From IMG/VR virus record IMGVR_UViG_3300005542_000007, positions 1 through 64,000 of that record: DNA of 64,000 bases; one strand, 5' to 3'. A model generated the notes under the pieces. The model saw only the letters and a list, made by a program, of their open reading frames with translations. It searched no databases and was not told the origin of the DNA. The translations under genes and the position numbers were made by a program. The stretch is from a virus. Below are positions 46,846 to 55,527 of this stretch, in pieces. Position 1 is the stretch's first letter; each line of letters begins with the position of its first letter.

Positions 46846-48567
46846 ATGGGACGACCCAAGGGCTCAAAAAATATTACTAAAAGCGCTGAACAAGTAAAAG
46901 CACCCGTATCTATTGTTACAGGTGAAGGAATTACTGGCTCCACCACTTCTTTTGGTGTAGATGCAGGATTGATGAAAATTGGTTCTTTGAATAAGCAAGC
47001 CAATTATGGTGTATCACAAACTTCTTCATTTTTCTACAGTCCAGAATTAACCACAGAATCATGGCTCCTTCCTAAGTCCCGCCAAGAAACTTGCCGCTGG
47101 GCTCGTGTATTCTACAATTTAAATCCTATTGTGCATAGCGTTATTAACATGCATTCGAAGTATCCTTTTTCCAAATTTGAGCTTGTTTGTGGAGACCCAA
47201 CGGTAAAACAATTTTACGAGCAAATGTCATTTAATAAAAATTTCAATTTGTACGATTTTATGTTACAAGCTTCCCTTTCCTACGAAAAATTTGGTGAGGC
47301 CCTTTGCTTTGGTACGATGGAGAAAAAGGGTGACAAGGTTCAATGGACCAAGTTCGTTCTTCTTGAGCCAGAACTCATTGATGTAAAGTCGGATATGATG
47401 AGCGGAAAGCAAACCTTTGAGATGGTTCCAACATCTGAACTCAAACAACTTGTTACTTCCACTCGTCCTGAAGATTCTGAGGCTCAAAAGCAACTGGAAG
47501 AGTGGTCCCCAGAAATTGTAAAAGCCATTAAGGAAAATAGAAACATTCGTCTTTCAGATGAAAATGTTTCTATTATTGCAAATCTTACTGATCCTTCAGC
47601 CACTCGTGGGACAAGTCGTATTCAGTGTCTATTTAAAGATTTGATTCTAAATGACTTCATTCGTTTGGCGCAGATGGCGTATGCTCAACGTTATGTATTT
47701 CCAGTTGAAATGTGGTCCATTGGAGATATTGCAAACAACATCATTCCAAGCACGACCGATTTACAGAACTGGAAACAGCTTATCAATCAGTCTATTCAAC
47801 AGCCTCCATTTTCACTTGTTACACCTCCATATGTTAAGTATGAAGCTTTGAGTACAGCAGGAAAAACATTCCCGGTAAACACAGAATGGTATGAGTATAC
47901 GCTCAGCCAATTGATGATTGGGTTAGGTGTAAACAAGAATTTGATGACTGGTGATGGACCTTCATTCAGTGCAGGACTTAAAGGAATGTCCCTTCACCGT
48001 TTAATGATGGAATATAAAGCGGTTAGAGACAAATTTGAAGATTGGATTATTCATAAATTCTTTGAACCAATCGCAGAAAAGAACCAATTTTATACAGTTG
48101 AAAATGGAATGAAGAAGCTTATTCTTCCAGAACTTTCTTGGAAGAAATCCCTCGACATTGAAGATGCTGAAGCAGAACGCGAAATGTTCGTAAAAATGTG
48201 GGAAGCCGGAGTTATCAGCACGGAAACTCTCTTCACGAAATTCCCCACTCTTGACTTCAAGACGGAACAGAAGAAATTGGAACTTGAGCGTGGAACTATT
48301 TTTGATAAGGGTGATGGTGCTAGGTTGCCTGAGAAAATTCACAAGTCAGTTGTTAAGCCAGGAGGCGATACTGGATTTGGTGGAAAAGGCGGTGGCGGAG
48401 CAGCCCCAGGCGCTGTGAAACCAATAAAGCCAGTAAAACCCACCAAACCTGGAGAAGTTCCTGAAGGTGGAGAGCCAGCAGCCCCAGGCGCACCTGAAGG
48501 TGCTGCCCCAGCAGGTGGTGAAGCTCCAGCAGCAGCCGTTACACCAGCAACACCGACAGTGGAGTAA
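46846..48567 (+). CDS. portal protein
   Basis: Between terL and protease; R..Y..NP.V...I, FGEA, RGTS, Pro/Gly-rich tail. Confidence 0.78.
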   Translation: MGRPKGSKNITKSAEQVKAPVSIVTGEGITGSTTSFGVDAGLMKIGSLNKQANYGVSQTSSFFYSPELTTESWLLPKSRQETCRWARVFYNLNPIVHSVINMHSKYPFSKFELVCGDPTVKQFYEQMSFNKNFNLYDFMLQASLSYEKFGEALCFGTMEKKGDKVQWTKFVLLEPELIDVKSDMMSGKQTFEMVPTSELKQLVTSTRPEDSEAQKQLEEWSPEIVKAIKENRNIRLSDENVSIIANLTDPSATRGTSRIQCLFKDLILNDFIRLAQMAYAQRYVFPVEMWSIGDIANNIIPSTTDLQNWKQLINQSIQQPPFSLVTPPYVKYEALSTAGKTFPVNTEWYEYTLSQLMIGLGVNKNLMTGDGPSFSAGLKGMSLHRLMMEYKAVRDKFEDWIIHKFFEPIAEKNQFYTVENGMKKLILPELSWKKSLDIEDAEAEREMFVKMWEAGVISTETLFTKFPTLDFKTEQKKLELERGTIFDKGDGARLPEKIHKSVVKPGGDTGFGGKGGGGAAPGAVKPIKPVKPTKPGEVPEGGEPAAPGAPEGAAPAGGEAPAAAVTPATPTVE

Positions 48568-48569
48568 AC

Positions 48570-48812
48570 ATGGCACTCAATAAAACAGGCAGTCCAACCA
48601 AACTTACAGTTTTAAAGCAGAGCGCATTTGAGGTGGATTTAAACGTTCTAGCAAGTGTAATTTCTGACAAATACCCAGAAAAGAAACTCTCTATAAACGA
48701 TCTTCACGAAGTTCTTAAAACGCTTGGAGTTACTGATTACAAAGCCGAGGATATGCAGGAACTTGCTGGAAGGTTACATGCAGTAGGAATTACTGTTATA
48801 GGAAACGTCTAA
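48570..48812 (+). CDS. hypothetical protein
   Basis: MAL.K.G N-terminus similar to that of the protease. Confidence 0.55.
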   Translation: MALNKTGSPTKLTVLKQSAFEVDLNVLASVISDKYPEKKLSINDLHEVLKTLGVTDYKAEDMQELAGRLHAVGITVIGNV

Positions 48813-48852
48813 AACCCCTTAAAAATATAATAAATTGTGGTATTATTAGGGG
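48811..48852 (+). promoter_or_regulatory. phage-specific (probably late) promoter motif
   Basis: aaaaccccttaaaaatataataaattgtggtattattagggg. Confidence 0.7.
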
Positions 48853-48904
48853 ATATTGTCCCTAGGTAATTTTAAAACAAAGGAAAGAATAGATAGGAGA
48901 ATTT

Positions 48905-49168
48905 ATGCCAAACGAGAAACCAAGAAAAGAGATAAATTTCATCACTATTGATGAACATGGAAATGAGCATTTGAATCTGCATATTTTTATTGAAAGCTTG
49001 CTTACATTATCAATGGGCACAGCCCTAGATATGGGACGTTTGGCTATTCAGCACAAAGAAGCATTTGAACAATTTCAGCGAACTGTGAAAGACGATTCAT
49101 ACGACCGTATTGAATTTGCACACAAAATTTTAAAGAAGTATGGTTACGAAGACAACACTAGGATTTAA
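48905..49168 (+). CDS. hypothetical protein
   Basis: AGGAG RBS. Confidence 0.55.
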   Translation: MPNEKPRKEINFITIDEHGNEHLNLHIFIESLLTLSMGTALDMGRLAIQHKEAFEQFQRTVKDDSYDRIEFAHKILKKYGYEDNTRI

Positions 49169-49171
49169 AAA

Positions 49172-49507
49172 ATGCAAGAAAGCAACGAGTGGTCAGCAAA
49201 CTTAGCTGAGAAGCACAGCATTTCGAAAATTGCTGTTGCAACAGAAGTGAGTTTGCCAACCTTCCAAAGATTATTGGGAGATGGATACACAATTGCTATT
49301 TGGAAAACTATTAATCCAGTGCCCTGTATGCGTTGTCAGGATTTAGAAGCACAACAATTTAACTTTGCTGATTTTGTAAACAGTACGACGCACGATGCCC
49401 CGATCTTCTCCAAATCTCATCCGAACTGCCGTTGTGTCATTATTTGTACCGGAGATGGGCTACCTACTCTTCAAATCGATTTTACAGGAAATCCTTCAGA
49501 GGCTTAA
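49172..49507 (+). CDS. head morphogenesis (Mu gpF/SPP1 gp7-like) short domain
   Basis: W......C..C...HPNCRC. Confidence 0.6.
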   Translation: MQESNEWSANLAEKHSISKIAVATEVSLPTFQRLLGDGYTIAIWKTINPVPCMRCQDLEAQQFNFADFVNSTTHDAPIFSKSHPNCRCVIICTGDGLPTLQIDFTGNPSEA

Positions 49508-49510
49508 TTT

Positions 49511-52500
49511 ATGGCATTGACAAAACGTGGAACCATTTTAAGGATTACTAAGACTGCTGCATCTGCAACGGAGCTTCTTATTGACCGCCCTCTAATAGAA
49601 GAGACAAAAGTGGTTGAGGGAAAAAATCCTGAGTTTCTATACTTTGTTGCCAAAGCAATTGCAGCAGGGGATGAAGGTCCGATTGATAAAAATGGTTCTA
49701 GAGAGCCTAACTACAACGGAAATGCCGACTACTTCCCTAAGAAAGAAATTGAAGGCGCATATCAAACATTTATTGGCAAAGGTATTTACCTCGACCACAA
49801 CGCATCCAGCGTTATGTATTCTGTTGGTAAGATTATCGATGCTTTTCCCACGGTAGACCCAGATAATAAAGAGTGGAGCATTTCTTGTCTCGCCAAGATT
49901 GATAGAAAGCTCCATCCAGAAATTGCTCGTAAAGTAGAGACGGGTGAACTAAACACCGTTTCTATGGGTTGTTCTTGCGGTGAATCAAAGTGTTCTGTTT
50001 GTGGAACAGTCCTTAGAACTGACGATGATCCAAAATGCGCTCACCTTTCTCCTGGGAAATTGATGCATGATTTTGAAGCAGAGATTGACCTTCCAGAGTT
50101 TGGAATTCATAAGGGGCAGACCGTAAAGAGTTTTGCTATTAACTCTGAAATTAATTTTAATGAGCTTTCGCTTGTCGGCGTTCCTGCATGGCCACGAGCA
50201 TTTGTCACAACAATTTTAAGTAATCTTAAGAATACAATTAGTAAACAAGCTTCTCTTACGAAAGAGGAGCAACTCGATTTAGTAGCGCAGTTTGAAAAGC
50301 TTGTGGACACTTTAGATGCGAACACAAAAGAACAGGTCAAAGCCGAATTTTGCGGTTGCCCAATTGTTAAGGAGAACAACATGTCCGATACCCCCCAGAA
50401 ACAATCGAACGACGAAGTAACAGATTTATTGAAGAAAGTGAGTGCTTATGAGATGGAGAAGCTTGAGAATTATATCCAACATAAGACACGCAAAGCAGAA
50501 GCGACCGCTGCTGCTGATACAAAGACCAATGATTCCAATTGGATGAACGGCATCCTTGAGAAAGCAAAAAATACGGCTGCTGGGAAGGTATTTGCAAGAA
50601 CGATTCAGCGATTGGCTGAAGAGGAAAAAGTAACAAAAAAGGCAGATACCGATCCTGATAAATGTGCAATTTGTGAAAAAAAGCTTGGCGACAATGATGA
50701 TTATATATGTGCCAAATGCAAAGTTGAAGATGAAAAGAAAGATAAAAAATCATCCCTCACAGCTACATTTACAGTAAACAAAGCAGAACCAATGAAATCT
50801 TCTTGGACTCTCCTAGACGGTAATGACAAAGTTATTTTAGATGCTTCACTCCATGAGATTTGGGGAGACCAGTTTGAAGCAAATCAAGATTTTGCAATCA
50901 GTGAAGAATATGGCAGAGCAATTGCCGCACGATTTTTAGATCCTAAACTTGGAGGCGTTGAGAAACTTGCCGACCTTTGGGATGTTTCTTATAAATTAAA
51001 TAAAGAGGCTATTATGGACAAAACATCCGAACACGGCGAATTTTTCAAAGCTAAAGATTTCTTTGTACCTGGAAGTGATTCTTCTAATAAATACACTCCA
51101 GAGGAGATTAAACATATGCAAGAAAAAGAACACACAGAAGCGAAGGGTAAAAAGGTTGAGGCTGGGCATATTGACGAAAAATTTGATATTACGGAAGGTA
51201 AGGGCAAACTCTTTGATGCAAAGAATTTCTTTGAGCCCGGATCAGATTCCTCAAATAAGTGGAATGATAAACGAGTTAAAATTGAATACAATATTAAGTT
51301 CCCTGGGCAAGAGGAAGGTCAAAAAGGTCCAGCCGCTCCCAAGAGCAAAGATGTAAAGACAGAATACAATATTCCAGGTAAGGCTCCAGAGGCTGGTCAA
51401 AAAGGCCCTGCGGCCCCTAAGCACGAAGATGTTAAAACAACCTATGATTTTAAAAAGCCAGAAGGCGAGTTCGTTAATACAAATAAGAAAACCAAACTTG
51501 ACGAAGAACATGCTAAGTCGGAAGAGAAAGTCAAAACTGGTTACAAAGGCGATTTGATGTATGATGAAGAGAAAAAGTCCGAGAAAAAGGCTGCTAAAAC
51601 TGTAGGGGACGCTCCCGAAGGCGCAGTGGCAGAAAGCCAATATCCCAAGAAAGATGCCAAAACTTCTGGTGATGAACCAGATTCTTCTTATAATAAAACA
51701 GCAAAAACCGTTGGCGATGCTCCTGAAGGTTCTGTTGAAGAGAGCCAATATCCAAAAGCCTCCGAACCAAATAAAGATCCCGAAGCTTCAGTTGCTGAAA
51801 ACAATATGCCAAAGGGCACACCAAATCTAACAAAAACACCTGATAGTTCAGTTCAGGAAAAGATGCCAGCACCCGCTAAATCGGATAAAGATCCTGAAAC
51901 ATCCGTAAAGGATACAGAATTTAAAAAGCATCCAGACCTCACAAGTAAGCCTGAAACTTCTTCTAAGGAAGACCAGTATCCTACTCCAGCCAATCCAGAT
52001 AAGGACCCAGATTCTTCAGTACAAAAAGGTTCTAATCTTAAAGTTGCCAAAACCCCGGAAGGTTGGGAACATGCTGTTCGTGAAATGAAGAAAGAAAAGG
52101 ATATTGATAATCCTTGGGCAGTGGCGAACTGGATGAAAAATAAAGGTTATACGCCTCATAAGAAATCTGAGCTTGATTTGAAAGCCGATTCTGAGATGTG
52201 TGAGAAATGTTCCATGCCGCTACATGAATGTGCTTGCATGGCCGCTCAGGAAGACATGGGCCCAGCAATGGATGCTCCCAAGCCGGAAGTTGGCTCAGCT
52301 TTTGACAAGGTTGAAGACAAACTTACTATTGGTGATGGGTACGATGCTTCTAAGGACAAAGAAACCAAAGAGATAGTTATTTCCAAAGATGGCAAGGAAA
52401 TGAAGCGTCTTCCAGATGGTTTTGGTGCTGATGTTGCTTCTGTTACAAGTCTTCTAAAAGCCGTTCTTGGTCTTCCTGCAACGGAAGAGAAAAAAGATGA

Positions 52501-53089
52501 AAAACCAGGAGAAACCCTTTCCCCCGTAGATGAAGTTGTAGAGAAAGTTGAAGTTCATCCTGAAATGTCTTCTCCTTCCGAAACGCCTTCCCTCAAAGCC
52601 TCTGCTCTTGAAGTTGAGCTTGAAAAGAAAGCTGCCGAACTCAAGGTTAAGGAAGAGGAAATTGGTAAGAAAGAAGCTATTCTCATTGCCAAAGAAGCTG
52701 AAATTAAGGCTGAGAGGTTCCAAAAGGCTGTTGCTTCTCGCACAGATCGTTGCCGCAGAGTGATTGAAGCCATGCTTGAGAAAAATGTTTTGTCAATGGA
52801 TGACACGGTATTGAAAGAGAAATTGCAAGAAGGTACATATCTCTTGGATGCCCGTAAAGCTGCTCTCGATCACGCCATTTCAGCAAAGCTTAAGGAGCTT
52901 ATGGCTTCCGATGATGTAGCACTTGCAGCCATTGAGAAAACAGTCAATGATATCAAGCTTCCAGAAGCTGAAGTTTCTAAGAAAGCCAATCGCGTACCTT
53001 TTGTTAAATGGGATGCAATTCCAACAGAAGAAGATGAAATAAAAGGCATCTTTGATCAAATGGGCCGTAGGTCGCATTGGAATCAGTAA
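49511..53089 (+). CDS. prohead protease fused to long scaffold region
   Basis: N.N.D.F..E...Y.TF.GK....DH...GKIID...VSMGC...F.ELS.V..PA; coiled-coil C-terminus; upstream of capsid genes. Confidence 0.8.
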   Translation: MALTKRGTILRITKTAASATELLIDRPLIEETKVVEGKNPEFLYFVAKAIAAGDEGPIDKNGSREPNYNGNADYFPKKEIEGAYQTFIGKGIYLDHNASSVMYSVGKIIDAFPTVDPDNKEWSISCLAKIDRKLHPEIARKVETGELNTVSMGCSCGESKCSVCGTVLRTDDDPKCAHLSPGKLMHDFEAEIDLPEFGIHKGQTVKSFAINSEINFNELSLVGVPAWPRAFVTTILSNLKNTISKQASLTKEEQLDLVAQFEKLVDTLDANTKEQVKAEFCGCPIVKENNMSDTPQKQSNDEVTDLLKKVSAYEMEKLENYIQHKTRKAEATAAADTKTNDSNWMNGILEKAKNTAAGKVFARTIQRLAEEEKVTKKADTDPDKCAICEKKLGDNDDYICAKCKVEDEKKDKKSSLTATFTVNKAEPMKSSWTLLDGNDKVILDASLHEIWGDQFEANQDFAISEEYGRAIAARFLDPKLGGVEKLADLWDVSYKLNKEAIMDKTSEHGEFFKAKDFFVPGSDSSNKYTPEEIKHMQEKEHTEAKGKKVEAGHIDEKFDITEGKGKLFDAKNFFEPGSDSSNKWNDKRVKIEYNIKFPGQEEGQKGPAAPKSKDVKTEYNIPGKAPEAGQKGPAAPKHEDVKTTYDFKKPEGEFVNTNKKTKLDEEHAKSEEKVKTGYKGDLMYDEEKKSEKKAAKTVGDAPEGAVAESQYPKKDAKTSGDEPDSSYNKTAKTVGDAPEGSVEESQYPKASEPNKDPEASVAENNMPKGTPNLTKTPDSSVQEKMPAPAKSDKDPETSVKDTEFKKHPDLTSKPETSSKEDQYPTPANPDKDPDSSVQKGSNLKVAKTPEGWEHAVREMKKEKDIDNPWAVANWMKNKGYTPHKKSELDLKADSEMCEKCSMPLHECACMAAQEDMGPAMDAPKPEVGSAFDKVEDKLTIGDGYDASKDKETKEIVISKDGKEMKRLPDGFGADVASVTSLLKAVLGLPATEEKKDEKPGETLSPVDEVVEKVEVHPEMSSPSETPSLKASALEVELEKKAAELKVKEEEIGKKEAILIAKEAEIKAERFQKAVASRTDRCRRVIEAMLEKNVLSMDDTVLKEKLQEGTYLLDARKAALDHAISAKLKELMASDDVALAAIEKTVNDIKLPEAEVSKKANRVPFVKWDAIPTEEDEIKGIFDQMGRRSHWNQ
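51000..52030 (+). repeat. degenerate peptide repeats inside the scaffold region
   Basis: F.AK.FF.PGSDSSNK x2, GQKGPAAPK..DVKT.Y x2, KTVGDAPEG.V.ESQYPK x2, several P[DE][ST]S units. Confidence 0.75.
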
Positions 53090-53295
53090 TTTAAGAAGTA
53101 AAATTTAAAAACCTCAATTCGAGGAAAGTTGACGGTTCGATATACTGCATAAAAGAATGAAAGCATAGATTTCCTCAGATGTCCTTTGGAAAAGTTGTTA
53201 AAGTAATGAGTCTCTGAACAACTCTCTCCTTGAAAAGAAAAGCAAAGAAAAGCCAAAACTAACTCATGTTGTTAAATTAATTAAGGAGTTACAAA

Positions 53296-53787
53296 ATGGC
53301 TATTACCATCTACAAAGAAGTAAATCGCTCACCAGGAGCACCAGTTCTTTCGGGAACTATCTCTGGTGGTACGGTTCTAGCTTGGGACCCAGCTAATACA
53401 GGTAAGGTTTTGCCTTTCGGTACAGGCACACCAACACCTCAACAGCCCTACGGTCTAGCCTGTGAATCCAACGTAATTCCTCCACTCCAACCCGCGTCCG
53501 GTCTAGTTGCTGGCCAGGGTTTTGACTACACCAACTTCAACCGCGACGGTTTGATGGGTGCATTCATTAATGGTGGAGAATTCCAGTTGTACGATGACGG
53601 TCTAGGAGCAGGAAAGCCTTACGAGAATGGCACATACGCAATCAATGATCTAGTTTATGCTGATTATTCAGCAACAGGCGCAGCTAACATCACGCCTACA
53701 TCTACATCTAACGTTGCAATTGGTGTTGTTACATTCTTCGATCAGGCCGTAAATCCCAATCAGCTAAGAATCAAATTGCTCATCTAA
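53296..53787 (+). CDS. capsid decoration/cement protein
   Basis: 163 aa gene directly upstream of the major capsid gene; Gly/Thr-rich beta pattern ending IG.V...L.I.L. Confidence 0.6.
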   Translation: MAITIYKEVNRSPGAPVLSGTISGGTVLAWDPANTGKVLPFGTGTPTPQQPYGLACESNVIPPLQPASGLVAGQGFDYTNFNRDGLMGAFINGGEFQLYDDGLGAGKPYENGTYAINDLVYADYSATGAANITPTSTSNVAIGVVTFFDQAVNPNQLRIKLLI

Positions 53788-53860
53788 TAACAATTAGATA
53801 GTAAAGTTTTAACAAGATCGTCAGCAATGATGACTTGTATATTTTTCAAGGAGAATTATT

Positions 53861-54829
53861 ATGTCAGAACAAGTTACCAAAACCGCTTCTCCTGATGACA
53901 TTTATGCCGCTGGCCTAACTGCCGCTCAGGTTGAAGAAAAGCTAACTCGTCTGATGAACAGTCCTGGTGGATTGCAGAAGATCGCTCAGCAAATGTTGAG
54001 CCCTCTAAAGCGCGAACTTCTATACGAAGGTCGCATTCGCCAATTGTTCCAGACGTACAAACTCGCGCTAGGCGAGGAAGCTGTGTTTGACGCCGATCTA
54101 GACGTTCCAGCCGCATCCATTTCCGTTCATGGTTTGCCACAGGAACTACAGGTCGAAGCAGATCGTATCCGCGTCGAAACTGGCCCACTAGCAACCCGTC
54201 CCTTGATCCGTTGGAACGAATCAAACTTCCGCAAGTACGATGTTCTTAATCGTACCCAGGAACGTGCGAAGGCTTCCATTATGCTTCAAGAAGACACAAA
54301 AGGTTTTCAGCTTATCGACTTCGCTGCTGGTCTAACAAATCAGACCCCAGTGAACTCACTAGCAGGAACCTCTGCTGCAACCAATAACCCAACCGTTCTA
54401 ACAACGACTGGTAAGTTGGACATGCAGACACTAGTAACAGGTATTGTTACACTACGTTCAAAGTTGCTCGTAGCTTCAAAGATTTATTTGAACCCACTAC
54501 GAACTGCTGACCTCATGCTCTTCAACACAACCACATCAGGGACAGGCGGGGCCGGAATTTTCGCTCCCAATTTCCAGGATATGGCATTGAAAGCTGGTCG
54601 CGTAGGTGGAATCTGGGGCGTTGATGTCCTAGAGTCCGTAGTTGTTCCTACGGCTAACACATACGTTCTAGCCCCAGCAGATTATCTTGGCGTTCTCGCC
54701 GTTCGTACTGATATCTCTGTTGAGACGATGAAAGATGTAAACCAGATGGCAGACATTTTTGCAATTTGGGAAGATATTGGATTCTTGATCCGATACGCCA
54801 AAGGTATCGTCAAGATCGTAGTTAGCTAA
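53861..54829 (+). CDS. major capsid protein (HK97 fold)
   Basis: 322 aa, AAGGAG RBS, G.IWGVDVLES.VVP, ED.G..I....GI tail; followed by a strong hairpin. Confidence 0.82.
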   Translation: MSEQVTKTASPDDIYAAGLTAAQVEEKLTRLMNSPGGLQKIAQQMLSPLKRELLYEGRIRQLFQTYKLALGEEAVFDADLDVPAASISVHGLPQELQVEADRIRVETGPLATRPLIRWNESNFRKYDVLNRTQERAKASIMLQEDTKGFQLIDFAAGLTNQTPVNSLAGTSAATNNPTVLTTTGKLDMQTLVTGIVTLRSKLLVASKIYLNPLRTADLMLFNTTTSGTGGAGIFAPNFQDMALKAGRVGGIWGVDVLESVVVPTANTYVLAPADYLGVLAVRTDISVETMKDVNQMADIFAIWEDIGFLIRYAKGIVKIVVS

Positions 54830-54835
54830 AAGCTG

Positions 54836-54880
54836 TAGATTTACTGGAGAGGGAGTAAAATCCCTCTCTTGATAAATCTA
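54836..54880 (+). terminator. hairpin after the major capsid gene
   Basis: tagattta..gagaggga-gtaaaa-tccctctc..taaatcta. Confidence 0.65.
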
Positions 54881-55147
54881 TAAAATTAAGGTTTCTTTTG
54901 TGGGCTTGTTCCCAATGGTAGGAGCAACTCTTGCAGGTGGAGCAACCGGAGGATGGTAATCTCCACACTCCACACAATTTTAATAATACGCCGAGGGACA
55001 AAAATAAGTATTGAGGCTAGATTATTTGATACGTGGAAAATGGGTCATGCCATTGGAAACGACGATTCAATCTCTCTTAGCCTTTACGGGCTGACCTCTG
55101 ATCCTCTTGGAATGGGCGTAAACCCGAAACCCCAAGAAGGATGATTT

Positions 55148-55222
55148 CGCACCCAAGTGTTCTGGTGAAAATTCCAGTCTCATAAGCTGGAGAGCTAGGT
55201 TCGATTCCTAGGGGCGCAACCA
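55148..55222 (+). tRNA. tRNA with CAT anticodon (Met; C1:A72 as in initiators), weak D-stem
   Basis: Anticodon arm ccagt-ctCATaa-gctgg; T arm ctagg-ttcgatt-cctag; encoded ACCA 3' end. Confidence 0.75.
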
Positions 55223-55224
55223 TT

Positions 55225-55298
55225 TGCCTAAAGCTTTGCGCCTGATGAAGCCCTTTATTTTATAAAGGAAGAACTTGGAAGGGATACCCAAGTAGGCA
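55225..55298 (+). pseudogene. degenerate tRNA-like cloverleaf (TTT loop)
   Basis: tgccta/taggca acceptor, gctt/aagc D-stem, ccttt-attttat-aaagg, cttgg/ccaag stem lacking TTC. Confidence 0.45.
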
Positions 55299-55400
55299 TT
55301 TAGATGTTACCGACCGTTATAGCGTAGTTGTCCTACTACGAGACCAAAAAGGATAGTTTAAGGTTACGTCCTGCCGTTTATTTTCAAAATCAAGAAAAGA

Positions 55401-55429
55401 CTATAATAAAATCTGGTATATATGAGGGG
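55401..55429 (+). promoter_or_regulatory. variant of the phage-specific promoter motif
   Basis: ctataataaaatctggtatatatgagggg upstream of 55528. Confidence 0.5.
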
Positions 55430-55527
55430 ACACCCTCGACGATAAATACACAAATTTGGCTAAAGAAAAGCTCCTAGAATAGATTAGGGCTGAAAAGCCA
55501 AAATTCAAACTAAGGAGATATAAAATA

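Noticed and set aside
54953-55144. 63-aa plus-strand ORF
   Set aside because: It lies within the structured RNA cluster and has no recognisable protein features; probably spurious, although GGAGG directly precedes it.
55241-55270. Hammerhead ribozyme (CTGATGA core)
   Set aside because: No correctly placed GAAA and stem II/III were found; the sequence fits a degenerate tRNA D-arm better.
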